DNA of 64,000 nucleotides from Camelus ferus (Eukaryota): the NCBI RefSeq assembly GCF_009834535.1, contig NC_045697.1:105588001-105652000 (forward strand). The letters are read 5' to 3'. The translations under genes and the position numbers were made by a program. Within the stretch, counting starts at the first letter, position 1; every line of letters starts with the position of its first letter. The notes beneath the pieces are model-generated. The model worked only from the letters and a program-made list of their open reading frames with translations, did not search any database and had not been told where the DNA came from. Below are positions 25,621-38,300 of this stretch, in pieces.

Positions 25621-26940
25621 CCCATGATTCTCTTCTTACCCTAACTGGCTTTTGTGAAAGAGCAAAATTGGAAGCCAGGCCAAAGATCTGAGGTGCTTAT
25701 TTCCCTTTGTTGACAGTTTTCTTTTCACTGGTGGGATAGGGCAAGGTGGGCATGGGGGAGGGGACAGCTGGGCAAGCTGAGTGTCACCTGGGACAATATT
25801 ATTTTGGGGTCTTCCTGTTGCCGGCTAAGTGAAACAGGAGGGTGATGAAATGACCTTTCCTGGAAATAACTACAAACAGATAAGAACATTTGGGGGGCTA
25901 ATCGTAGAAGGCATGAGGGTGTTTTGGACTGCTGCTTCCCCTCAGTGGGTTTGGACACCCTGCGTCACCATCAGTAGGTCCTGGGTGTGTCATGATATTC
26001 CGGATTTTCGGTTACTTTTGGTTATTGGACAGCCACTGTCAGGAAAGTATGAACCTGAAAAACAAACTGAGAAGACCCTCTAGAAAGACCATATGGACCG
26101 CATTTGTCATTGACGGCTGACACACTGGAGTTTTGTAGAAAAAGTTGGTGCCAAGTGAGATGGATATTGTAGTCTTAAATCTTCAGAATTGTTAGATGCA
26201 GAATTGATCTAGTAACACGAGCCCCATGGAGAATGGATGCATGTAGAACCACTGCAGCCTGCTATCAAAGGTCTTGGGCACCCTAGAAATTTACTAGGGT
26301 TTGAGTTTTCCTATAGTTGGCAATGAGGCTGGCTCTGTATTAAGACTGTATGTTGCTTCTAGAATAAACAATTTTTTCCCTTACTAATCCTGAACATTCA
26401 CATTTGATTATGTTATACTCATATCTTAATTATCAGGATATCAAGAGTGTCTGTCACATGATAAATACTTCACTATTCCTCAAAGGAATGTAAAAGGGTT
26501 ATGAATTTAGATTTAATTCAGAGAGGGACAGGGAGCCAAAGAAGGGTATTAACGTTGGGTATGGTCATGTTGAGGGCTGGACAACCTCTGCCAGCACTCT
26601 GATCAAATCACCCAGAGGTCCATGGGAGTCACTTGTTCCTATCTTTCTTTCCATCTATTTTGGGGGAAAAAAGCAGATTACCATCAAGCCGTCAAATAAT
26701 GACCAACAGTCTCCTGTGGTAGCCTGAGACTAATGTTTTGATGTATATGAGTTACGGATTATGAAAACAAGTGAAATTGTTAATAGTCATCAAATCTCCA
26801 ATTCTAATAAGTCATCTCCTAAGTTAATAGATTGTTTTTCTCAGTTGATGTCCTGCTGTTTGTGAAGTATTTGGCCTCCATGGAGATAGAAGACCTTGGA
26901 TGTTCCATATAAGAAAGTCCAAATTAGAATCTCTATTAAT

Positions 26941-27029
26941 TTTTTTTTAATGGAGGTGCTGGGATTGAACTCAGGAACTTCTGCATGCTAGGCATGTGCT
27001 CTACTGCTAGAGCTACACCCTCCTTCCCC
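26941..27029 (-). mobile_element. Vic-1-type camelid tRNA-Ala-derived SINE (more diverged copy)
   Basis: Reverse complement 'ggggaaggagggtgtagctctagcagtagagcacatgcctagcatgcagaagttcctgagttcaatcccagcacctcca' plus A tail. Confidence 0.85.
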
Positions 27030-27045
27030 TTAAAAAAAAATTAAT

Positions 27046-27186
27046 TTTTGTTTGTTTTTGTTTTGGGGGGAGGTAATTAGTTTTATTTATTTACTTGTTT
27101 ACTTTTCTATGGAGGTACTGGGGATTGAACCCAGGACCTTGTGCATGCTAAGCATGCACTCTACCACTGAGCTATACCCTCCCCCC
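27046..27186 (-). mobile_element. Vic-1-type camelid tRNA-Ala-derived SINE
   Basis: Reverse complement 'gggggagggtatagctcagtggtagagtgcatgcttagcatgcacaaggtcctgggttcaatccccagtacctcca' (tRNA-Ala AGC-like, with A and B boxes), then 'taaataaa...ctaattacctcccc' tail and A-rich end. Confidence 0.92.
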
Positions 27187-28432
27187 TTAAATTTCATTTT
27201 AAGCTGAAGATTTATTTGAAGAGACAAGATAACTTGACTTCTTAGTACTTTCTCAAACTGTATGTAAAATAATAAATTGATTCATCTTTTACTACTTTGA
27301 GCAATTCCTCCTAACTGCCTGATTCGAATAATAGGATAATTTGGAAATACCTCGGCTCCAGTATGTTAGTTTTGGTGACTGTGAAAGATTTCATATACTA
27401 CAGAAATATAGGAGATAAGGTCCATAATTTATATCACATAATGTAAGCGAATTCAGCATTGAAAGAGTTGATTTGTTGGAACATCTGGTCTCACTGGAAG
27501 GAAGCGCTGGTAAAGGCAGAAGGGTTTTCAGGCAGAGAGGTATCAAGCTCAGTAACGCCTCGTTAGGTACAAGTGCTTTGTCTGCAGGGAAGAGAAATTA
27601 ATGATAGCTCCACATCTTGCAACATTTGTCTTCATAGTTCAGCAGCACAAAGATCCTGTTTCTATACTAAAATTTTCTGTAAAATATCTTTCTCTGGGCC
27701 ACAATTTTTAACCTTCCGTTAGTGGGACTCATTTTAAAAGTTCAAAATTAGGAGGCATGCTGAAATGTTGTATACGGTACAAAGGTTGGTGATTGAAGAG
27801 TATAGATGGAGGGTTTGGTGAGCAGAATCAACTGGGCTGAGTAGGGAGGCAGGTGGATAGGAGCGGTTACTAGGAATCCAAAGGGTCTTTCTGAAAAACA
27901 AAACAAAACAAAAAAAAAACCACCAATATATTCTGTCTGGTAAATCTAATGATTTATGTATTGCAGAAACCAAACAATTGTGCTGCTGAACTCTTTTAAT
28001 CTTTGGAAAACTATAATTGCTATGAATGTTAAAAAATTTGTAGGTAAGGAGTGTCCTTTAAAAAAAAATTGCCTAGAATTTTATTTAACTAAACAAGTAT
28101 TATATGGTTAGACAAGAGGGTAAGCCAGCACATGTTCTTGGATTCCTCCATCAGACAAGCCCCCAGATTCCAGAGGAGATATAAGGAGATTTATGGAGCT
28201 CACAGCTCTCATCAGACACTAAAATAAAATCTTTAAGAAACCTGTGGGGAGGCAGAAGACAATTGGGTCTTGGTGTGAAGGGGGAAGATATAGACCTCGT
28301 GGGAGAGATACTCAGGGCTCTCGAGGGGAACTGGCTGAGAAAGAGCTCTCTGGTGGTGCCCTTTCCTGTTCTTCATGTGTCCCTGGGCAAGTCACTGTCT
28401 TGCCTGTTCTAACTGTGGGACAGGAGAGCCAC

Positions 28433-28710
28433 CGTGCCAGGCGGCAGGCATGGGGACGACACCACGGTCATGGCAGTGCTTGGACCTGGCTGGGTGAAGA
28501 GCACAGTACAGGCTGCCCTGTGCAGGGCAGGGCACTGAGGAGCATTTTCTCCTTGCCCCACTGGCCTGTCTACCCTATGGGTGTGCAACCATGAGAAAGG
28601 CTACAACTATTATCCAGTTCATTGAAAAATGTTGACTAAAGAGAGGAATCATACAAATTTACTGCTGTACCTCAAATGTACTATTAATTACAAACATACA
28701 CAGGTGCATT
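28433..28710 (+). repeat. Left arm of a 278-bp inverted repeat
   Basis: Aligned by hand to the reverse complement of 33277-33554: 274/278 identical, no indels. Confidence 0.97.
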
Positions 28711-29329
28711 ATAATCATACGAGGCTAAAGCTTTTCCTCTGAATATAGGTCTCCAGATTAGAGTTCTATCATCTTTCTTGCATAAACCACACTCCTATGA
28801 ATGTCTATCATTTCAAGATTTGATTCTTTAAATGGAAATTAAAGTGTTAAGACATTTGAGAAGCAATCTGAAAGAGACTCCCAGATTTTTGCGATTCCTC
28901 CCTGTTATTAAAAAAAATAGTTATGTCACCTATAATTTGGGTGAATTATTTTTGAAAAAACCTCAGAACTATTGTTTTCTTTTCCCCCAATCTTATTTTC
29001 ATAGGAATAAGTTTTTCTCCCTTTGTCATTTGTATTAATTTGCATAATATTTAACTTAATTATGTTCAATAATAATAGCAAGTGACATGAATAGGTCTGG
29101 GGACAAATCAAACTAATCTGAGTAGTTGTACTCAGTTGCTGGGAGTGGCAGTTCATTGGCAGGGGAGTAGCCTCCTAGTTCAGAGCATTCAGTATGTTGT
29201 GGGTACCTGTTAACTTTTCAGAGAAAACAGCTGGAGTCAATTTTCTTTAGGTGTTTGTTTAAACTGATGTTGTCTTTTCTATTAGCCACCATAGCTGCTT
29301 GTCCCAAGGAAATAAGGGATGAATGTAGA

Positions 29330-31660
29330 GAAAAAAATAATAAGGCTTATGTGGAGAGCAAGCATTATTTTAAAAAAGGCAACACACAGAGCAACTTAAA
29401 ACAGAAGAAATAAAAATTATAGAATATATGAAATAAAAATACAGAAAATGAACTTAATAAATATCCTGAGAGGGACAGAAAAGCAGAGCAAATTCAGGAA
29501 AAAGAGTTGTGTAAAAGAAACAAATGGGGATGTCTGATATAAAATATTTAATTGTCAACGTAACACACAGGATGATTTGAATAAAAGAGTGGATATAAAC
29601 AAATCATAATACAATGTTGATACTTAAAGCATCCATAAAGAATGAAGAAATAGTAGAACAAGAGAAAGTTAACAAATGTGGAAGATAAAATTGTCTACAT
29701 ACATCAGAAGGAAAAAAGAATAAAGAAGAGAATAACTGAAAAATAATGACCATTATTTACCTAGAAATAAAGCAAATTATAAAACTTCAGATAGAAAAGG
29801 GTGCTAAGAAGAAAAGATATAGGGAAAAAAATCCTACATATTATAGTGAACTTTTATACCATAAAACTCAAAGACAAACTTAAAGTTTCCGAGAAACAGA
29901 GCAGATCAGCTACAAAGTAGTAAGTGTCACATTGATAGCAGACTTCCCAGCAGGATTACTGGAAACAGAAAGATAATATCTTGAAGGAAAGGCATTTTGA
30001 ATATTAGACTTCTATAGTCAAATAAACTATTATTTAAATACCAAGATGAAATAAACATATCTCCAGACATGTATGGTTTTAGGTAGTTCACCTCATAGGG
30101 ACACTTTTAAAAAACTAGAAGAGCATACTTTAATCAGAAAGATGTGAATATGGAAGTGATAGGTAATACATGGAAAATAAGGACAAGTTTATGATATAAA
30201 GATAAGCAACACAAAAAATATATAGCCACAAAAATCTAAAAATAAAATTCTAGTTAACAGGAGAGAAATGAGTGTGTTACTGGTAATAGGTCAGAGGGAG
30301 GTGTGAGGTTGTAGATGAAATTATTTATAAACTTCAGCAGAACTGAGGGGAAAATTATTTATAAACTTCAGCAGAACTGAGGGGAAAAAAAAACCTCCAT
30401 GAGTTTTACATAATGAGTACCCAACAGAAGAATAAAAATAGGTTATAAAACTATCAAAAATAATAGAAAAAAAGTGTAAAATTATTGTAAAATAAAATAT
30501 AAAATAAGATGGCACAAAACAGACCTAATGTATCTGTAATTAACAATAAATGTATGTGGTTTAAAATTACCATTCACCATTCAAAAACTAAGATTCAGAT
30601 TAACTTATCAAAATATACCAAGATCTACCAATACATTACCTAAAAAAGAAAAAAAAAAACAAAAAATTAAATAGGGTACAGAAAATTTGAATATAAACAA
30701 ATATAAAGGCAAATATGAATAAAAAGAAAGTTGAGTAGCAATTTTAGAAATGGCAAATATAACTTAAAGGTTAAAATGTAAAGGGAAATAAGAGGGAGGT
30801 TATATGCAGAAGACAAAACAATAATAAATATGTATACATCTATTAATATAGCCTCAGAATACAAAAAGCAACAAAATGAAAAGTATAAATATGGTTATGT
30901 CAATAATTTTCATTGGAGAATTTAATTGATAGAACCAGATGGGGGGAAAAGAACAGCATAGAAGACTGGAATAATAATATCATATTGTATGTGAATTTAC
31001 ATATATTTATATAATATTTCACCCCAAAAAAGAGTATATGTTGTTTTTGAGCTCACAAAAATTGACCAGTATTAATCCAAAAATTAAACTTAATGCCTGC
31101 CAGATAGTTAATACTATGCATATAATATACTTAGAGAAGAATAAAATTTAAACTTTATAACGAAAATATAGCTAAAATGTTTTGTGTATTTGAAACTATA
31201 AACATAATTTATACATTACATAACTCAAAGACAAAATCATATGCAAAATTATTAATTATATAGATATGAAAAGAACATGTATCAAGATTTGTGAAATGCA
31301 GTTAAATTATTATGAGAAGCAACTTTTCTGACATTACATATATTTATCAAAAAGCAGATAACAATGACAACAAAAAAACAAAAGCAAAGGAACTAAATAT
31401 TCAACTCAAGCTGGTTGAAATGAGTGTCAAAATAAATCCAAAGAAAAAAGAAAGAAGCAATAGACAAGGGAAGAAATCAATAAAATGGGAAATAGCAAAA
31501 GCAATACCAACATAAAAGGTATAAAAAGGAAACAAGTGGCAAATAACTAGTAGAAGCAGAAACTTAAAACCAGTGTTCAGAACATTGAACTATGAATTAT
31601 GAACACTGGTTTATGTCAATAATTCAGAAGCCTAGATCAAATATATAAAATATATGAATT
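29330..31660 (+). mobile_element. Ancient L1M: ORF1 and start of ORF2 remnants
   Basis: A-rich; 29900-30070 'atcagctacaaag...gatagcagacttccc...aaactattatttaaa...gatgaaataaacatatctccagac' is decayed ORF1p C-terminus; 30510-30580 'acaataaatgtatgtggtttaaaattaccattc' is the ORF2 endonuclease start. Confidence 0.75.
30318..30385. repeat. Perfect 34-bp tandem duplication
   Basis: aaattatttataaacttcagcagaactgagggga x2 (30318-30351, 30352-30385). Confidence 0.95.
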
Positions 31661-33276
31661 TGTTATGATTTTCATGTGTAATTTAAGCATTTTATGCTTT
31701 TTTTAAACTTGGAAGCTTGCATTGGTTGGATATACCATTTCACTTTGATCCAAGATCATGGTAATTTGCCAAGCCTGCTTTTGGGAGCAAAGTAGCTCAG
31801 CCTTGGGGTCATATCCCTAATCTCTCAGGGTTTACAAGTGAAGACAGATGGCCTTACTATGTTAAAACAGCTCCCGGTTAAATAGTGTATCCAGAGGATA
31901 CTAAGCAATGCTGGTAAATAAATGACAAAGTGAATTATATAATTACGGAAAAAAATCACAGACAAAAGCCCCACTGTCCTTGAGGGCCAAGGACTCATCA
32001 GGGAAGCAATGTGAACTCAGAGCAACCCAACCATATATGGTCATCTCACGCTTCGGGTGGGGGGGTGTAAGTGTTTTGTTAATTACTGACTAGACTGAGT
32101 AGGATGTGTCTGGGCACTTTGAGCTTTAAAGTGACTTTCTGATTTTTTGTGGGACCCTGTGGACCACGCTTCCCTGGATCCACACTGTTTCGGGCTCTCT
32201 AGCTTTGATAATCAGAAAGAGTTCTGAGTGACTTTCTGCTGATATCAGTAACTTGGCTTGACTACTAAGGGATTCAGGCTTTCCATGGAGGTGGCAGAAT
32301 TTATAATTCTCTAAATAAGTCCTTTTCTATACTCCAGAGAGCTGAAGGGAGGTATCTTACACCAGAGGAAAATGGTAACGTTTCTGAAAAAGATTGGCAT
32401 GTAGTACTTAAAATAATTGTGACTTGTAGATAGAATTCCTAATGGAGGAAAACGTTATTTGTTCTCTTCTAAAGCCTGTGTGAGAATATCCATCCATTAT
32501 TTAATAAGCTGTTTACTAGGGTAGTGCCATTATTTTACATTTATGTCATATGCCCAGTCAAATAAACCTCTGGCACGTTTATAAAGCTAAACACCAAATT
32601 AGAACAAAAATAGGATCATCTGTATCTGAATATTCAAAAGTAGCTAGAGATAATAAAATAATAATCTCTAATGATAACTGGCCTTGTTAGTTGATTGGTT
32701 CTGGCTACACAATAGCATGCTATTCCCAAGAAGGAGATTCTTCAGTTCTTTTCATTTTGACCTGGTTGTCTTCCGAGTTGATTCGAGTCTGGATGCAGCA
32801 CTACCAGAAAGCTGTTATGAATACCAGCCTCATTTGGCTTTACGTTTGGGTCCATGGCTTTTAGAGAAAAACTGGATGACAAATGAGTTCAGGGGTTGAG
32901 TAGTCCATTCTCTCTAACTCATAATCCATACCTGATAAAACCTGATTTATATGCAAGGAATGAAGTAGAATTCATTTCTTTACCACACCTTGAACTTAAT
33001 CTTTCATCACATATGACTTGGAATTTGAAGCCTAAAGAATGTATTTTTCTTCCAAAGCCTGGTACCTTTCATATTTTACTATAATGGAACATCTGAGGAA
33101 AGCCACTCTGCTAATGGACTTGGTAGATAAACTGATGGTACTATGGAGTACTTCCTTGTTAGAGGAAGATGTATTTTTTACCTTCATGTAGAAAATGAAT
33201 GTTGTCTTTTTGTAGTACAAGAAAGTAATTATATAACAACTTAAAAGAGGGTTGAGGATGATTAAATTTGTTAATA

Positions 33277-33554
33277 AATGCACCTGTGTATATTTGTAAT
33301 TAATAGTACATTTGAGGTACAGCAGTAAATCTGTATGATTCCTCTCTTTAGTCAACATTTTTCAATGAACTGGATAATAGTTGTAGCCTTTCTCATGGTT
33401 GCACACCCATAGGGTAGACAGGCCAGTGGGGCAAGGAGAAAACGCTCCTCAGTGCCCTGCCCTGCACAGGGCAGCCTGTACTGTGCTCTTCACCCAGCCA
33501 GGTCCAAGCACTGCCATGACCGTGGTGTCTTCCCCATGCCTGCCGCCTGGCACG
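33277..33554 (-). repeat. Right arm of the 278-bp inverted repeat
   Basis: Reverse complement of 28433-28710 with 4 substitutions. Confidence 0.97.
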
Positions 33555-34485
33555 TTTGGAAATTATTAAGGCTTAAAATCAATCACCCCAAATTGGAACA
33601 GCTTGCACAGACAAAGATTACAGTGGCTTCCATATAATGTCTCCCTCATTCATTCACTCACTTACTCAACTTATTTATTTAATATTTACAGAGCACCAAC
33701 TATATTGGCAATACTGGGTTGCCTTTTAATCCTCCAAACAATCCTGTGGACTTACTGTTATCCACATTTGAGCGATACAGTATATGTTTCTATGTGAGTC
33801 CTATGCATTGTTTTGTAATGGGGTTGATCTTATTGATGTTTCTGTTTATTCAGTTTTTCTTAGGGCTTCAGAATTATGGTGCCTATGAGGTCATGAGCGT
33901 TAAACAATGCTGTACCTTGAATGGATAGCTGCGTGCTCTCGAAGTACGTAGTATGTAAAAGGCAATAGATGTTTCACTGGATTTAGCAGACATAAAGGTT
34001 GGCAAAAAATGCTTTGTGCAGCAGACAACTATGAATAGCATGTGTACTAGTAGTTATATAAGGAAATAGAAGAGATATCTAGAAAAGGCCACTTAAAATA
34101 TTAAAGAAATAATGAGCTTTCTTCCATGCTCTTTTGAAAATTAAATGCCTATGTAAGTCACTTTAAATAAAATTCCAGTTGTAGCAAATATCATTTGGTT
34201 AATTAGTTAGATTTCTATCACAGCAAGAGTCCCACTGACTGGGAGTTGCTGGTCTATTTGACCATCTCTTCCTCTAAGCTGAGCTCCTTAGAACGTTTGT
34301 CTTTCCCTTTGTGCCTTTCCAGCATTAAGCCCAGTACTAGGCACTTAGTAAGTGTTCAACATAATTTTAAAAAATTGTTGAGTGGCTCAATCTCTAGATC
34401 TATCAATGTAAATTTTTAAAAATTATTTTTCTGACTGTGGGCAGTTCCATTCAGAAGTCATTATCTAAAAGGGTGCCTTTTTGAG

Positions 34486-35361
34486 TTAATATCTGAAATA
34501 TATATAGAACTCATACAACTCAACAACAACAAAAAAATCAAACGACCAATTAAAAAATGGGTAGAGGAGCTGAATAGACATACTGATGACCAACAGGCAC
34601 GTGAAAAGATGTTCAACATTACTAAATATTAGGGAAATGCAAATCAAAACCACAATGAGATAACATCTCATACCTGTTAGAATGGATATTATCAAAAAAA
34701 AAAAAAGCAAGAAATAACAAGTGTTGGTGAGGATATATATAAAAGGGAATGCTCATACACTGCTGGTGGGGATGTAAATTGGTGCAGCCACTACGGAAAA
34801 CAGTATGGAGATTCCTCAAAAAATTAAGACTAGAACTACCATACATATGATCCAGCTGTCCTACTTCTGGGTATTTATTCAAAGACTATGAAAACACTAA
34901 TTTGAAAAGAGATATGCACCCCTATGTTCATTGCAGCATGATTTACAATAGCTAATATGGACACAATCTATGTGACCATCAGCAGATAAACAGGTAAAGA
35001 AGGTGTAGTAAATATATACAATGGAATTCTACTCAGCCATAAAAAGGATGAATTTTTCCCATTTGCAGCAACATGAATGGAACTCCAGGTTATTATGCTA
35101 AGTGGAATAAGTCAGATGGAGAAAACAAATATACCATATGATTTCACTCATATGTGGAATATGTGGAACAAACAAGCAGAAAACCAAAATAAACTAACCA
35201 AGTCAAACAAAAACAGAGACCCAGAGAAGAGAGCAGACGTTACCAGGGAGAAGGGGTGGCTGGGGGTTGGTGAGGACGTTGTAATGTATACAGAAGTAGA
35301 AATGTAATGCTGTACACATGAAACATATAATGTTATAAACCAATGTTAGCACAATAAAAAA
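34486..35361 (+). mobile_element. 5'-truncated L1 (older L1MA-like/laurasiatherian 3' end)
   Basis: 'agggaaatgcaaatcaaaaccacaatgagata...gatgtaaattggtgcagccactacggaaaacagtatggagattcctcaaaaaattaa'; 3' end 'gctgtacacatgaaacatataatgttataaaccaatg...caataaaaa'. Confidence 0.92.
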
Positions 35362-38300
35362 TTAATACACAAGTATACAAACAAAAATTCTTTTGTATAC
35401 ATATACTGAAAAAAACAAACTGTATTCACCTAACTGAACTTCCGTGGAGAAAATGGGTTGTATTGAGTTCAAAAAAATTCCACCTTCACCAAGTTATTTA
35501 TCACAAAAACTCAGTAAAGAATATTCAACTGTAAACAAAATAAGTGCACCTTGACCACCAGATAGGTGGTCACTATCTCTTTTCTTCGTGTTAGTGTGTG
35601 TGCGTGTGCATGTGCGTGTGTGTAGAATAAGATCTACTCTCTTAGCTTATTTCAATTATATACTATAATTATACTTCGTATTTCAAATATAATATATAAT
35701 TACACCTCCTTTCTTACACTGCTTTTGCAATATATCCAAATGACCCAATCTGGACAGCCTATCACATTTCATCCTGAAATAATTTGCTACAAAAAATAAC
35801 TTTCCTGGGTTTGACTGAGTGGAATGAGAGCAGAGTGACCAGATGGAGAAAAACTTCTTAAAAGGTACCATTCCTCCCCCTTCCCAAGATGCTTTATGTC
35901 ACAGATTCACAAGCACGTCTCACCTTGAGAGAATACAGCTCAAGTACCATTTCCACTTTCACAAGGCTGGGACAAGGAAGGATCTAAAATGATGTAGTAG
36001 TTTGTATTCTTACCTCTCCTATTCAGTTAGACTTGTGCAATTACAAGGGCAAGAAATGATTGGTGCTACTGCTAAATGCAATACGCATCTACAAAAATGC
36101 CTCAAATCTGATATTAATCACAAACTTTTTACTGATGCTTCAGTGAAGGTTGCAGAGTTGTAGTATGAAGAGTGGGTCAGTTGTGGGTCTTGTCAACATG
36201 GTGCTGGTTACAGACTTCATTACACGTAAAAAGGAAAAACAGCTTTAGAACATTTCAAATGTGTTGGGTGAACAGACATAAACAAAAAGAGATTGACATC
36301 CTTGTTGCTATACCTTACGTATTCAAAAGCCTCTTTCCATTCATGGGGGAAAAAAAAACCCAGAGTTCATTATGTATTTATGAAAAACAAAATTACCTAT
36401 TCATAAAAATCAAAAGCAATATGTTTTGCTTCTATCAACGGGTAAAATTAATACAACTTTTCCTATAATAGTTCATTTGCTCTGACATGATTTTGAATCT
36501 CAGAACAAAATGTCAAGAAGAGTTATAAATTGGAATAAGAGATAAAATTCTTCAAGTAAATTATTTTCTCTACAGAGTCATAGGAATCAATTATTTATTA
36601 TTCATGGAAATGTTAGCACATCTAACTTATACAGGGGCTTTCCATCTTTACTTACTGGTTCACCTACAGGGCATGACCCTATTGTAAACATCAAGGTACG
36701 CTATTATTATTGCTGACGCTACCTATTAATAACTGCATATTGGAGCTGTGCTTCCAGTGATGTGCTTAATCTGCTTTTGATTAAACCAAGCCTTCAATTC
36801 TTCTTGGATAATATTTCCTTGAGTCATACTTTTGAATATTAAGAGCAACAACCTTTCTCTTCTTTCTCTCAGGTTCTTTTACATTTGTCCTTGTCTTGTA
36901 AAAATGACTGGAGGTGTATTGAAACTGCATGGTGGTCAGTCTTGCAGACATCTGTGTTCCCTTCTCAGAACAGGTAGTGATGGAGAAGGCAACTTCCTAC
37001 TAATGAGACAGCCCTTCATAGGATTATTCAATTTCCAAACTTGCTCCTGCTACGAAGGCTGTTAATTGGTACCAGCTATGACAGCTTGTGGCCTGACTGG
37101 ACTCTTGTTCAACACAAATAATCATTAGCTGCTAATGACTTTAAATCACTTGTGAACAAGGCAGAGATTGACCCTGTGACCTAAATGTTCCAGGGGATAC
37201 TCAGAAGTTACGTGGTCTCCTGTAATGGATAGAGCTGTGTGTCTGGATTGGGAACTGAGATTGTTTTTATTAGACACAAAAATAACTTCTTTGAATAAAT
37301 AATGTATGATATTGGGATCTCAATTTAGTTAATTAAAAAAAATGAATGTTTAACCTGCTGTAGTATATTGTGTGGATAAAATTAGTGCTGCAGAGAAAAG
37401 CCACATAGGAAACGAATGAAGTACTTCCTACAGATTTTGTTTGCATCTTTGTAGGTTTTAGGATTTGTCACTTTTCTTTTTCTTTCCATAGTGATTAGGA
37501 TGGTTAATTCCTTCTGTAATCTCTACATAATGGGTCACTTAAGATTCACTTGGCTGAAAGTGGAATCAATCAATGGAAAATGAAAAATGACTCCCTCAAG
37601 GCATTTGAAAGATAAAGAAATGATGAGTTGCTGATAGAGTTCTTTATATATTTTAGATGTATTTAATATTTTGTATAACAGTTACTGAATTTATATGTGT
37701 AACGATGCCTAGAGACAGACCCTTAAGAATGACCTTAAAACACACCAGAATTAAATAGAACAGAGATTGGATTTAATAAGATGAAAGTTTCTAATGTAGC
37801 ATAAGGAATATAAAAAATAAAAATGTAAGAAATATACAAGCATTATAATAAATAAAATATTTGAGACCTCCCAATTATATTGCTAGCTAATTTATTATAG
37901 CACTACTCCATGCTTTAACTTCTAAACAAACTGTTAGAACACATGAATTGGCAATGGGCCGAGAGTAAGAGTCTTGGGTTCCATTTTTATTTTATTTGTC
38001 ATTCACTTGTTGCATTACAATATCCAAAACAGTCAGTGCACAGAACCCCTCAAAGATGGGCAATTATTGCCATTCTGCCAGTGGTGACACTGAAGATACA
38101 TGGTTGTCATCATACTTGTCAATAGCCAATGAATGGTATTTACAAACAACAGACATGTATTTTTCCAATTGAAAATTTACTTTTAAGAAATAATAATCGC
38201 CAATCTCCTTTGCTAAGATTCCCTGTAAATATGTATCATTTGTTAAGAGATTATCATATGTGGGATTGGTGTGACAATTATTAGTCTCAACTGGAAGATC

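Noticed and set aside
27110..27186. Functional tRNA-Ala(AGC) gene on the minus strand
   Set aside because: Has SINE-specific 5' extra bases, a 3' extension and an A-rich tail, and two further diverged copies occur in the window. It is a SINE.
28433..33554. Intact DNA transposon with 278-bp terminal inverted repeats
   Set aside because: No transposase ORF, no evident TSD (gagccac vs tttggaa), and the interior is ordinary old genomic DNA.
36853..36900. Strong plus-strand acceptor ctttctcttctttctctcag
   Set aside because: No convincing downstream donor or recognisable reading frame; isolated sites like this are common.
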